DNA of 63,946 bases, filler included, from Octopus bimaculoides (taxonomy: Eukaryota), in assembly GCF_001194135.2 (NCBI RefSeq). It is 4 parts of 4 records of this genome, joined end to end, with 100 filler letters (N's around TTAATTAATTAA, not from the genome) between each part and the next. Parts side by side here need not be neighbours in the genome. Positions count along the whole stretch, not along the records: positions 31,839 to 46,857 come from NW_026405587.1; positions 46,958 to 62,028 come from NC_068982.1; 2 more parts are not named here. The stretch is one strand, 5' to 3'. Below the pieces are notes generated by a model. The model saw only the letters and a program-made list of their open reading frames with translations. It made no database searches and was not told the origin of the DNA. The position numbers and the translations under genes were made by a program. Every line of letters starts with the position of its first letter. Position 1 is the stretch's first letter. Below, piece after piece: positions 40,568-53,450 of this stretch.

Positions 40568-41079
40568 GGCCAGGATGGCTAGATTAGCGCGCTTCTCATT
40601 GAACTCATATACATATGTGAGTTCTTGTATGTGAGAACATATGGATATATGTGGTGGTATATACATACATACATATGAATTTGTTTGCATATATATATAT
40701 ATANNNNNNNNNNNNNNNNNNNNNNNNNNNNNNNNNNNNNNNNNNNNNNNNNNNNNNNNNNNNNNNNNNNNNNNNNNNNNNNNNNNNNNNNNNNNNNNNN
40801 NNNNNNNNNNNNNNNNNNNNNNNNNNNNNNNNNNNNNNNNNNNNNNNNNNNNNNNNNNNNNNNNNNNNNNNNNNNNNNNNNNNNNNNNNNNNNNNNNNNN
40901 NNNNNNNNNNNNNNNNNNNNNNNNNNNNNNNNNNNNNNNNNNNNNNNNNNNNNNNNNNNNNNNNNNNNNNNNNNNNNNNNNNNNNNNNNNNNNNNNNNNN
41001 NNNNACCACCTGTCCTCGTCTGTTGTTGTTTTTTCGTACATTCTCCCATATATATATATATATATCCGGAAACAAAGGT

Positions 41080-41188
41080 TCAAAAACAGTATTTGCTGTC
41101 CATGGACCCCCTGTCTTATCCTTGCGGACCCCCTGTCTTGTCCTTGCGGACCCCCTGTGGTCCGGGGACCACAGTTTGAAAACCCCTG
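41080..41188 (-). mobile_element. hAT (Charlie-like) element end with short internal tandem repeats
   Basis: The reverse complement begins CAGGGGTTTTCAAACTGTGGTCCCCGGACC; ~21-bp ggaccccctgtctt units follow. Confidence 0.7.
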
Positions 41189-41629
41189 CTCTAACATTTC
41201 TGAAACATTTTATTGTTACCTTTCAAATACGACATTTCATGTGAAACGACCTAATACTACGATGAACTCATTTGACTAAAATTCTCGAAGGCGGTGCCCC
41301 AGCATGGCCGCAGTGTAATGAGAGGAACACGAAAGGATACGGGAGATATATACACATGTCTATACGTACACAAATTGTACAACTTAAAGATACACGCACA
41401 CACACACATCTATATATACACATATACACATACATACACAGGTAGTGACAACTCCCTGAATAGACAACTAACTACAACACAGACGCCACCTACCGCCATA
41501 TATATAAACCGCTCTTCTCTACCTCTTCACTCCACTCTTGACCACGTCGTCTTAAATAACGGAAGGACCGCTACCCCGCCTCCTACCCCCAGATCTTTAA
41601 TTTTGGCTTCATTCTCGCCATACACTTAC

Positions 41630-41687
41630 CACAAAACTGTTGTCTGAGAATATTTTCAGCAGCTTTGGGTTTATCACTTCCGGTCAT
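41630..41687 (-). CDS. Candidate first coding exon MTGSDKPKAAENILRQQFC (phase-1 donor); may instead be 5'UTR or noncoding
   Basis: Open frame from the ATG at 41687 to a canonical donor; no recognised homology. Confidence 0.25.
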
Positions 41688-41755
41688 CTACTTCCGGTCA
41701 TCTACTTCCGGTCATCTACTTCCGCTTATCTCCTCCCACAGCTTTGCGCCATTTT
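41676..41755 (-). promoter_or_regulatory. Four ETS-type sites at 14-bp period plus a YY1-like motif; candidate minus-strand promoter/first exon
   Basis: acttccgg at 41676, 41690 and 41704, acttccgc at 41718, gcgccattttg at ~41746; CpG-rich; minus-strand TG|GTAAGT donor at 41629. Confidence 0.6.
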
Positions 41756-41977
41756 GCTCTGTCTGTCTGTTTCTTTCTTACTCTTTCTCTCTCTCTCTCT
41801 CCCTTTGTTTCCTTGAGTGTCACACACGCCTGTGTATATATGTATGTATATGTGTATGTGTTTGTATGTATGGATATAAATGTATTTATCTATCTACATA
41901 CATACATGCATACACATATATATACATGTTTATACGTACATATACGCACTTATACGTACAAACAAATATCTCTATCA

Positions 41978-42009
<32 letters not shown>

Positions 42010-42027
42010 ATATATATGTATATATAC

Positions 42028-42070
<43 letters not shown>

Positions 42071-42831
42071 NNNNNNNNNNNNNNNNNNNNNNNNNNNNNN
42101 NNNNNNNNNNNNNNNNNNNNNNNNNNNNNNNNNNNNNNNNNNNNNNNNNNNNNNNNNNNNNNNNNNNNNNNNNNNNNNNNNNNNNNNNNNNNNNNNNNNN
42201 NNNNNNNNNNNNNNNNNNNNNNNNNNNNNNNNNNNNNNNNNNNNNNNNNNNNNNNNNNNNNNNNNNNNNNNNNNNNNNNNNNNNNNNNNNNNNNNNNNNN
42301 NNNNNNNNNNNNNNNNNNNNNNNNNNNNNNNNNNNNNNNNNNNNNNNNNNNNNNNNNNNNNNNNNNNNNNNNNNNNNNNNNNNNNNNNNNNNNNNNNNNN
42401 NNNNNNNNNNNNNNNNNNNNNNNNNNNNNNNNNNNNNNNNNNNNNNNNNNNNNNNNNNNNNNNNNNNNNNNNNNNATATATATATATATACATACATGTA
42501 TGTATGTACATGTGAGACTGAGTGCTTGCATATGTACATAAGGAAATATATGATTATGTATTAATAGTTTTTTCCTGCCCACGTGTGTGTGTGTGCGTAT
42601 ACACACACATATACACCAATGGTTTCATCTATGCGAGCTGATAAATATATATATATCCCTTTCTTTGTCCACTTATCTATTTATCTAACTATTTATGAAT
42701 ACATTTACACACATGCGCGTGCATACCACACCACACAATGCACATGCACACGCAATACACACGCACACACACAGATAGATAGAGGTGTGTCAGTGTGTAT
42801 ATACAAACAAGCACTGGAACACTTCAAAACC

Positions 42832-42889
<58 letters not shown>

Positions 42890-43725
42890 AAGAATTATAA
42901 CACACACACACACGTTATAAGAACGTTATAGGACGGTATATGAATTTAGAAACTTTGAGTGAACGTGAAATAATTCTCTTTCGGACGGGGAAGCTCGAAA
43001 CAGATAGAGCTATAAGTGGGAAATTACCATAACTACAATATAGACACGCGTTTTTGCATGATGTTATACAATCACGCACGTTATTACATTCCAATTTGCC
43101 AACTGCGTGGCACCTTGTGTATGTGTTTTCTACTATAGCCTCGGGCCGACCAAACCCTATGAATTATGAAGGTAGATAAGAATTAGGAGCTGTTTCCCTT
43201 GATCTGTATATTTATTTGTTTGTTCCAAGGTCGCGCATAGTCACGTGTAGCTTCATTGTATTGTCATCCAAGATGGAAACGAGTATCAGCGTCCTATGTG
43301 GCCGGCTTGTTAAAATTCTGCATGAAAGCAATGGTAGCTTGTTAACCTCCACCCAAATAAAATAAGTTGCATATAAGAAGACGCTTGAAGGGATTACTCC
43401 ATGCTTTTTCAGAGATAAAGAGAGAGACAGAGAGAGAGAGAGAGAAAGACCGTGTGTGTGTGTGTGTGTCTTAGTGTGGTCAATTCGAGCATATCTATGC
43501 GTGTTGGTAGAGGACAATAGTTAACCAAAGTCCTTAGATAAGACCCCCCCCCCCCAACTGACTCCTCCACATTGGACCCAAATTAAGAGAGTTGGCCCAC
43601 GTGACCTTTTTAATGGAGTCATGTAGTGGCATTTCACGCCGGAAGTCCTCATATATCGTCATACGCACACGTATGTACATACATAAGTAAATACATGCTT
43701 GTTTGTGTGCATGTATAAAAGTGTT

Positions 43726-43775
<50 letters not shown>

Positions 43776-43855
43776 TGCACACATTTCACATATGCTTATG
43801 TATTATAGATAAGTATATATATACGTATGTATATATACTAATCTATCTATCTATT

Positions 43856-43889
<34 letters not shown>

Positions 43890-44342
43890 TCTCTCTATCT
43901 ATATATATGTATATATATAAATTTGCACGAAGCGTAATGATGCTTAATTAAGCATCTACCTGCTAGAAATAAGAGCNNNNNNNNNNNNNNNNNNNNNNNN
44001 NNNNNNNNNNNNNNNNNNNNNNNNNNNNNNNNNNNNNNNNNNNNNNNNNNNNNNNNNNNNNNNNNNNNNNNNNNNNNNNNNNNNNNNNNNNNNNNNNNNN
44101 NNNNNNNNNNNNNNNNNNNNNNNNNNNNNNNNNNNNNNNNNNNNNNNNNNNNNNNNNNNNNNNNNNNNNNNNNNNNNNNNNATATAGATAGATAGATAGA
44201 TAGATAGATTTATATATGTATAAATTCGTGCATACGTATGTGCGCCTATTGTCTGCCGTTTGATGTTTTACAACAAAGAAGCCACAACTTCCTCTTTCTC
44301 TCTACACAGCCCCACCTCCGCTTTCACTTCCATCTTTCCCCT

Positions 44343-44388
<46 letters not shown>

Positions 44389-45228
44389 CATATGTATATA
44401 GTTATATAGATATATATATACATGCACACGCACACGCAAGCACACACATATATATATATATACATATGTATATAGTTATATAGATATATATATATATACA
44501 TGCACACGTACACGCAAGCACACACACATATATATATATATATTTATATAGATACACACACACACACACACACACACATACACATATATATATGTGTATA
44601 TACATACGTGTATATATAGGTCAAGTCTCCTTGTTTTCACTTCCTTAAAATAACCTACTAATTGGGATTTATAACTCCATATATATGTATATATACACGC
44701 AAACGGTTATGCATACATACATACATACATACATACATACATAGACACACACACATACACACTCTCTTAGAGATACACATACACATAAGTATATGCATAC
44801 ATATTTATCAGTGCTTTTGTTTGTGTGTATGTGTGTGTGCATGTGTGTGTGTGTGTGTATATATATANNNNNNNNNNNNNNNNNNNNNNTGTGTGTGTAT
44901 GTGTTTGTATGTGTGTGTGTGTGTATGTGTTTGTATGTGTGTGTGTGTGTATGTATATATTTGTGTGTGAGTGTGTTTCACAACTGATGCTAGTATGTTT
45001 ATGTCCCCGTGACCTAGCGGTTCGGCAAAAGAAAGATACCGATAGAATAAGTACTAGGCTTAGAAATAACAAGTCCTGGGGTCGATTTCGTCGACTAAAA
45101 CCGTTTAAGGTGGTGCTCCTGCATGGCCACAGTGAAATGAGTGAACCAAGTATAAGAATTAAAGAATGAAAGAATAAGTCCATACAGAGTGCGATGGGTA
45201 AATTGTCACGATTTTGTATTTTTAATTT

Positions 45229-45501
45229 CGCGCATGCGCGTTCATTGTTTTTTTATTTTGTCGACTACACAGTATGGTAGGGTCAGTTGAGCACCATCTG
45301 TGATAAAAACAGAACCCTGACTTATTCGACGAGGCTCCTGTCAAGGGCTGACATGCGGCCTCATTACCAAACGATGTCAACTGCCGCGGTTTTCCGTCTC
45401 GGGTTTTTTTATCTGCGGCGTTTCCTGCAGACAACAAGACTGAAACGCAGACAACTAAAGAAAGCGATCAAGGACGGTGGCTGAAACTAGCTCAAGATGG
45501 C
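45229..45501 (+). promoter_or_regulatory. Candidate promoter: NRF1-type palindrome and YY1-like motif in CpG-rich unique sequence
   Basis: cgcgcatgcgcg at 45229-45240 (perfect 12-bp palindrome); caagatggc at 45493-45501. Confidence 0.55.
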
Positions 45502-45514
45502 TTTGATTGATAAG

Positions 45515-45707
45515 AGAACCGGCAGAAACGTTAGCACGCCGGGCGAAATGCTGAGCGGTATTTCGTCTGCCGCTACGTTCTGAGTTCAAATTCCGCCGAG
45601 GTCCACTTTGCTTTTCATCCTTTCGGGGTCGATTAAATAAGTACCAGTTACGCACTGGAGTCGATATAATCGACTTAATCCGTTTGTCTGTTCTTGTTTG
45701 TTCCCTC
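45515..45707 (+). mobile_element. SINE family B, little diverged
   Basis: ggcagaaacgttagcacgccgggcgaaatgc..ctgagttcaaattccgccgagg..ctttcggggtcgattaaataagtaccag; CpGs intact. Confidence 0.9.
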
Positions 45708-46901
45708 NNNNNNNNNNNNNNNNNNNNNNNNNNNNNNNNNNNNNNNNNNNNNNNNNNNNNNNNNNNNNNNNNNNNNNNNNNNNNNNNNNNNNNNNNNNNN
45801 NNNNNNNNNNNNNNNNNNNNNNNNNNNNNNNNNNNNNNNNNNNNNNNNNNNNNNNNNNNNNNNNNNNNNNNNNNNNNNNNNNNNNNNNNNNNNNNNNNNN
45901 NNNNNNNNNNNNNNNNNNNNNNNNNNNNNNNNNNNNNNNNNNNNNNNNNNNNNNNNNNNNNNNNNNNNNNNNNNNNNNNNNNNNNNNNNNNNNNNNNNNN
46001 NNNNNNNNNNNNNNNNNNNNNNNNNNNNNNNNNNNNNNNNNNNNNNNNNNNNNNNNNNNNNNNNNNNNNNNNNNNNNNNNNNNNNNNNNNNNNNNNNNNN
46101 NNNNNNNNNNNNNNNNNNNNNNNNNNNNNNNNNNNNNNNNNNNNNNNNNNNNNNNNNNNNNNNNNNNNNNNNNNNNNNNNNNNNNNNNNNNNNNNNNNNN
46201 NNNNNNNNNNNNNNNNNNNNNNNNATAAGAGACCGCACATCGAACCCTTCCGTAGGTGAAGCCTAGCTCAGTCCTCAATCAGCCACTCAGGTCAAGGGAC
46301 GAAACACTTGTGACCCCTGCGATACCTCCTGACGATAGGAAAGGATTTCCAGCATCGCAATGAGTTTAGAAGATCTTGTAAAACATCTGAGAAACTGGTG
46401 TAGTCTCTACGTGAAGTAAAGCATCTCTGATGTTTATTTCACCTGTTTGCGTGTGACCGTTATTTCAGTAACGAAATTATTAAAACTGACCGTATGTTTG
46501 AGGTGGGTTAAGACTGGGGACCGCAGAAGACTCATTCATTAGGCCGTAGTAGATGTTGTAAGTATCTTATGTTAATTGCTAAGGTTAAAACTGCGGCCTT
46601 CGTTGTTACTTTAAGGCTGCGCATATGTGTATATGTGTATATGTACGTACGTACGTACAGGTACATATCTATATATACACACGCGTGCGCACACACACGA
46701 ACTCACACGCACACATACACACACACATACATTCATTTTCATTAATGTCTATTGTGTTAAGACAGCGAGTAAACAACAGTGCGTTTGAAATGTTTAACTA
46801 AACAACTCCAAAACGGCATATACATACATACACACACACACACACATACATATATATNNNNNNNNNNNNNNNNNNNNNNNNNNNNNNNNNNNNNNNNNNN
46901 N

Positions 46902-46913
46902 TTAATTAATTAA
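46902..46913. other. Artificial scaffold linker TTAATTAATTAA
   Basis: 44N-TTAATTAATTAA-44N. Confidence 0.95.
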
Positions 46914-46977
46914 NNNNNNNNNNNNNNNNNNNNNNNNNNNNNNNNNNNNNNNNNNNNATTTGTATATGCTCCACAAG

Positions 46978-47031
46978 GGAAAGCAAGGAACATTGTTTAC
47001 AATGAGGTGTTATAATCACAACAGCAAGAAA
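46978..47031 (+). CDS. Candidate exon GKQGTLFTMRCYNHNSKK (54 nt, phase 0/0), unknown product
   Basis: tgctccacaag| acceptor, AAA|GTATGT donor; only one frame is open. Confidence 0.3.
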
Positions 47032-48519
47032 GTATGTACATGATCACCTTCTTTTACGAAACTTCATTGACTTTCATATATTTATATTGATATACATATA
47101 TATACGTGTGTTTGGGTGTGTGTGTGTGTATATACATCTCTATATATAAAGATGATGCGTAGTCTAGACGGCGTTTTTAGATTTCATTATTCTCTTTAAC
47201 CCGGGCAACGCCGGGTATTTCTGCTAGCACTCTATAAAGTGATTAGCATTAGGAAGTATTCAGCTTTAGAAACCATGCTAAAGCACACATTGATTTGACT
47301 CAGCCTGCTAACTCATCAGATCCTATCAAACTGTTCAGCCTATGCCAGCATAGAGAACAGATGTCAAAGATGATGATAATAGGTGAGAGTGTCTCTTTCG
47401 TCTAATCACAGACTACTCTCTCCTCACCACTAGTACCAGTAGCAGAGACTGAGTAGATGTCCTCTTTTAAACTTCTATTTGTGTTGGGAAGAAGGATTGG
47501 AGACTCTTCAGGGAAGAAGGGACACGTTTTAGTCTTGTCAGGGACCAAGATAAATCTCTCTGGTACAGTTGAACCAATGAAGACAATCTAGAGTAGAGAG
47601 AACGCTGTTGTTTTGCTGAGAACAAGACAATCACTCTAGTGTGAGTGCCACAATAGAATTCATCCAGTACACTGTGTAAAAGTTGGTGATAGGAAAGACT
47701 TCCAGACATAGAAATTGTGTTGGAAAGTTGAACATAGGAGTGAAACATGACCCCCCCCCNNNNNNNNNNNNNNNNNNNNNCAAAAAAAAAACCTGTCTAG
47801 GAGGGTAGTCACAACAAATAAGGACAACAGTGGACCATGGCAACCCTTCCCAGATTGAGAAAGGGGACATGATGTTGATGAATTTCATATAAAGCTACAG
47901 GACCACAAATTAGTAAGGAAGATTGTAGTTTTTGATTGGTACTTCAATTTACTGACCCTGGGAGGATGAAAGGTACTCAGAACATAGAAGTATGTAGCTA
48001 AACACTACATTGCATTTCATCCATTGCTCTTCTGATTCAGCATATAATGATGACAGTAACAATAATAATAATAATAATCCTTTCTACTGGAAGCACAAGG
48101 CCTCAAATTTGGGGGAAGGGGTTAAGTCGATTACATAGACCCCAGTGTGTAACTGGTACTTATTTAATCAACACTGAAAGTATGAAAGCAAAGTCGACCC
48201 CAGCAGAATTTGAATTCAGAACATAGTGACAGACAAAATACTGCTAAGAGCAATAATAATAATAATAATAACAGCAACAACAATAGTTTCAAATTTTGGC
48301 ACAAGGAGGAGAGGGTTAGTCAATACCATCTACCCCAGTACTATTTTATCAACCCCTTAGGGATGAAAGGCAAAGTTGAGCAAAGACTGTAAAGAGCCAG
48401 AACAAATTTAGTAAAATATTTTCCCGATAATCTAATAATTCTGTCAGCTTGCCACTAGCAGAATCTTTGGGGAAATTCAGTGGCTGTGACAGTTAATTGA
48501 CCCTAGTACATGTGTGAAG

Positions 48520-48850
48520 GTGTATGGCTCAGTGGTTCGAGCGTTGGGCTCACAATCATGAGGTAGTGAGTTTGATTCCCCAACTGAGCTGTGTGTTGTG
48601 TTCTTGAGCAGGACACTTTATTTTATATTGCTCCAGTTCACTCAGCTGTAGAAATGAGTTGCGATGTCACTGGTTCCAAGCTGTATCAGCCTTTGTCTTA
48701 CCCTTGGATAACATCGATGGCATGGAGAGGGGAAGCTGGTATGCATGGGCGACTGCTGGTCTTCCATAAACAATCTTGCTGGACTTGTGCCTTGGAAGGG
48801 AACTTTCTCAGTGCAGTCCCATGGTTATTCATGACTGAAGGGGGTCTTTA
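48520..48850 (+). mobile_element. tRNA-derived SINE, third family
   Basis: tggctcagtggttcgagcg (A-box-like) ... gagtttgattcc (B-box-like) followed by a SINE body. Confidence 0.75.
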
Positions 48851-50339
48851 CTTTATACATGAGTGGTACTTTATTTTATTGACTCTGGTAGGACGAAAGT
48901 AAAGTTGATTCTAATGCAATTTGAATTCAGAATGTAAAGCACCAGGATAATAAAAGCAAATATATACATCCCATCTAATGACAACAAGGCATTGATTTTG
49001 ATTGGTAAGATTTTCCTTGATATATTTTACTTTAAGAATGGATTGTCTCTTTACTCAAAGGTCTAATGTTCATATTCTCTTTCTGGTAATTTTTATTACC
49101 TCTTTGATCAAGGCATTTGAACTGCACCAGCTCTCCTATGCAAAACTGATACCTAATTTCAAATGTAGAAATTGTTTGCTTCAGCATTATTACCATATTT
49201 GATGGCATAGAGTAAAGTTACCTTCTCGAGTCATACCAACTTACAAAGGCTAGTTTCCCAGTTTCATGGCATATGTATTCTGCACCTGGATGGGATGCCG
49301 GTCCATCACAGGACTACTCATTTTTGCCAGCTGAGTGGACTGGAATAATGTGAAATGAAGTGTTTTCCTCAAGAACACATCACATCGTCCAGGAATTGAA
49401 ACCACAATCTTACAGTCATGAATCCAGTACCCTTACCACTAAGCCACATGCTTCCACAGGCCTTTGATGGCATATAAGACACTTTTTTTCTCCCAAAAAT
49501 GTCTTTAAAAAAAATTGCCCAGGTCCTATATATGAACTTGGACCTATATCTCATGCTGTAATGAACTAAAAACTTTTTTTTCCTGAATATGCACTGCTGA
49601 AGTTGGGGTGCCTGTGTGTCCTTTATGCTATCAAATGTGGTAATTACTTTGTTCTTTTGTTGAGTGTTCAACACAGATAAGTACATAGTTTCGGTGATTT
49701 TACAGGTGACTTGAACATTTACCAGTCTAAACACAAGTTGCTATGATATCATTATGCTTCTTAGAGGAGTAACACAAGTATAGCTTGATGCTGCTGTTAA
49801 CAGACAGCTGGGTGAATGGTTCTTAAGTAGAGAGGTTTTCACTCTACGGCTTAGGAATATACACCACATAAAACAATATTACTGTGATAAAGCCAAGTTT
49901 CTTGAGTGCAAAAAACGCTTGATGGATTACAGACAGCTGACATTTAATTTTTTAAAGTGTCATCATCATCATCATCATCATATTCATTTAATGTCCACTT
50001 TTCCATACTTGCTATGGAATTTAAGGCAATTTTTTCTGTAGCTGGATGCCCTTTCTCTCTACAACCCTTACCTGTTTCCAAGCAAAGTAATATTTCCCGT
50101 AGCCAGACATTTTCCCACAAAAGACTGGAAACAAATGACATCGCTTGTGTGAGGGTGCTGCTCATCAGGACAAGAGTCCCCTCCCCACTGTTTATAATGG
50201 ATTTCTTCCAGTTTCTGTCTACAAAACCCACTCAATATCTCTTGAAATAGAAAATAGAAATAAGTATCTATATATTATCCTCATTGATTATTTATTAATT
50301 TATTCGTCACATTAAATAACAAAAGTATTCTATTATATA

Positions 50340-50740
50340 AGCCCAGGCATTGCTGTGTCATTAAGAAGTTAGCTTCCCAACCACATAGTTTGGGGCTCAG
50401 TCCTACTGCATGGTACCTTTGAGCAAGTGTCTTCTACTGTAGCCCTGGACTGACTGAAGCCTCATGAGTGGATTTGCTAGATGGAGACTGTAAGAAGCCT
50501 ACCATATGTGTGTATACCTTTGTCTTGACACCATGTGATGCTGTAAATGAGCATCACCATCATACAAGCAATGTTGTTCATTTCAAAACTTCTGTGAAAA
50601 ACATGTGGAAATATTACCTTGCTTGGAAACGGGTGAGGGTTGGTGACAAGAAAAGTATCCAACCATAGAAAATCTATCATAATGAATTCCAATTAACTCA
50701 TGCAAGCATGAAAAATTGGACATTAAAGCAATGACGAGTG
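50340..50740 (+). mobile_element. SINE family A derivative with CpG decay
   Basis: Same layout as 16521, but positions that are CpG in the flanking copies read TpG/CpA. Confidence 0.75.
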
Positions 50741-51259
50741 AACAAGAGTGTGTTAAACATTATATTATCATCACTAGTTAACGTCCATTATCCATGCTGG
50801 TATGGGTTGGACAATTTGACTGAAAACTGGTAAGCTAGGGAGCTGCTCCAAGTTCCAATCTGATTTGCAACACCTGGGCCTATTGATCAGCCCAAGTGAT
50901 ACAAGCTGAAACAATTTTGAGGACAATCCATCGACCCGATGAAACAAATGTTTTGAAGTGTAATAGCCTGTCAAGGATTGTCTTTCAGTTGACTTAATGT
51001 AAAACTATATAATATATATAGTTTTACATACTAATAAAGAAGTTTAAGGCACTTTATCTTTTGTTTTCTACATGCACCCATCAATTTCAATCTCAACAAA
51101 AAAGAACTTTGGTCTTTTTGGCTACACATACCAAAACACCGTGTTTCTCAAAAGGGTTAATATTTAGGTTTAAATATTTGATAAAAAGCAATGTGTATTA
51201 TACATGAATAAATATGATATATATATGTATATTAAATTTTTATTTGAATTTTTTCACAG

Positions 51260-51314
51260 AAAACATGTGAAGAAAACAACAGTGGAATTGTACAAGAACT
51301 CCAGAAAAAGAAAG
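51260..51314 (+). CDS. Candidate internal exon (55 nt), KTCEENNSGIVQELQKKK; unknown product
   Basis: ttttttcacag| acceptor, AAG|GTAAAT donor, purine-rich. An alternative frame (KHVKKTTVELYKNSRKRK) is also open. Confidence 0.5.
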
Positions 51315-51627
51315 GTAAATCAGTTGAAACATATCTAAAACAAAATGCAAATATATCTTTAGTTTTCTGAATTGCATTCTGTATGTTACAAGTTGGTTTG
51401 AATATGGTAATCACTTTTAGTGGTTTATGTTAAGTAAATTAAAGCAGTATTGCATTTGGTGGTGCAGGCATAGCTCTGTGGTTTACTTGCCAACCACATG
51501 GTTTATGGTTTTGTTCCCCTACTTGGTGACTTTGACAAGTGTCTTTTACTTCAACCCTGGGCTGACCAGGCCTTGTGAGTGGATTTGGTAGATGGAAGAT
51601 GAAAGAATCCTGTATTGTGTACACACA

Positions 51628-52876
51628 CATGTGGGTTGACTGAAAAGTTAATAGGCTGACGAAGATACTCATGGAATGTGACCAAATTAGGTTTATTTTT
51701 CAACATAGTCCCCCTTGTGATCTACACACTTCTTCCATTGGTGTTGCAGTGCTTGAATCCCATTGGTGTAGAAGCTTTCATCCTGTTGCTCATAAATGTC
51801 ATCGACAGCAGATATGATGTCATCATCATTGTGATACTGGTTCCCAGCCAAGTGTTTTTCATGTTCGGGAATAGATGATAGCCAGATGAGGCATATCAAG
51901 AGAATAGGAAAGGTGTTCAACCAGTTCAAAGTCACAGTCATGTACAGCAGTTATTGAAAGCAAGGACTTGTGTGCATTGTCCTGATGAAACAAGACCCCT
52001 TGTGTCAGTTTTCCTGGATGTTTGGTCTTGATAACCTTTTGTATCAATTTGGCATAGTACTCTCTATTGATGGTGTGGACCTTTTGAAGGTAATCAATAA
52101 ACACAATGCCTTTTGCATCTCAAAAAACTAAGGCCATCTTTCCTTCAGATGAAACGACCATGGTCTTCTTTGGAGCAGGTGAGGAGGGGTGTTTCACTAC
52201 ATGGATTATCTCTTTGTCTCTGGCACAAAGTGATGAAACCAACAATCATCATGATAGGAAATATTCAAGGAAACCTGCTGGATCAGCCTCAGTGTCAGAT
52301 TTTCCTATGATGTGATCAGCCTGGTGCGCTTTTGATTAGGTGTCAGAAGACATGGCACCCACCAGGCAGAAACCTTTGTCATGCCAAGTTCATTGTGCAG
52401 AATATTCTCAACTCTTTCACAGGATATGCCAAAGACATTGCCTGTCATCTATCACCATGTGGTAGAACATGATCAATGTTTTCCTTGATGGCGGCAGTTG
52501 CAGGACATCCAGAGCTTGGATCATCTTCAGAACTCTCCCTTCTCCTCATAAATTCAGCTGCTCCACTTTTGCACTGTTGATAAAGCTAAAGCATCACTCC
52601 TTGATGTGTCAACTATGTCAGCATGAATGTTCTTGGAGACTAAACCCTTTTTCTGCAGATACTTATTAACACTACAATGCTAAATTTTGTCCATTTTCAA
52701 CAGAAGTCATGACTAGTAACTTTTGAAGTGTTCTTTGAACAGTCAGATGCTGGTTTAATCTGAAAGAAACAATACAGTTATTAATAAGAAGAGATGAAGT
52801 TAATACATACACGATTTCACAGCTCTAGTATGACTCTTTCATAGGCAGCCTATGAACTTCCCAGTACATCCTTGTG
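51628..52876 (-). mobile_element. Full-length (~1.25 kb) decayed mariner element
   Basis: Degenerate TIRs at 51628-51658 and 52846-52876; minus-strand remnants include GIVFIDYLQK, GVLFHQDNA and QWKKCVDHKGDYVEK*, with many stops and frameshifts. Confidence 0.9.
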
Positions 52877-52889
52877 TGTGTGTGTGTGT

Positions 52890-53450
52890 GTATAGTAGAT
52901 AGTTTCTACTATTTAGGTGACCAAATTAGTAATGGTGGTGGATGCTCTGAAAGTATTGTTTCTAGAATAAGAATAGGGTGGAGGAAGTTCAGAGAACTAC
53001 TACCTCTGTTGGCAGCAAAAGGAATCTCTCTCAGAGTGAAAGGTAGATTGTATGAGGCTTGTATGAAAATGGCTATGTTACATAGTAGTAAGACATGGGC
53101 TCTGACTGTGGAGGACATGCATAGGCTGAAGAGGAATGAAGGTAGTATGTTCCGTTGGATTTGCAACATCAGTGTGCATGACTGACAGAGCACAACTGTG
53201 TTGGGAGACAAGTTAGGCATAAGAGGGATTAAATGTGGTATGCAGGAGAGAAGAATGCGTTGATTTGGATATATGATGCAAATGAGTGAAGACAGCAGAG
53301 AAGTGCCTGTCACTGAAAGTGGGTGGTACCTGTGGAAGACATGGGATGAAGTGGCGAGGACTGATCTTAGGATGTTGGGACTTACAGAGGAAATAACAGT
53401 GGACTGAAATGTTTGGAGATATGAGGTTCTAGAGAAGACCAATCCATGAA
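52890..53450 (+). mobile_element. RTE-clade LINE fragment (3' part of the RT ORF)
   Basis: VDSFYYLGDQISNGGGCSESIVSRIRIGWRKFRELLPLLAAKGISLRVKGRLYEACMKMAMLHSSKTWAL...; YLG and GWRKF motifs, with stops downstream. Confidence 0.9.

Noticed and set aside
48520-48590. tRNA-like sequence
   Set aside because: It is a SINE head with no acceptor stem; no genuine tRNA, rRNA or snRNA gene was recognised in the window.
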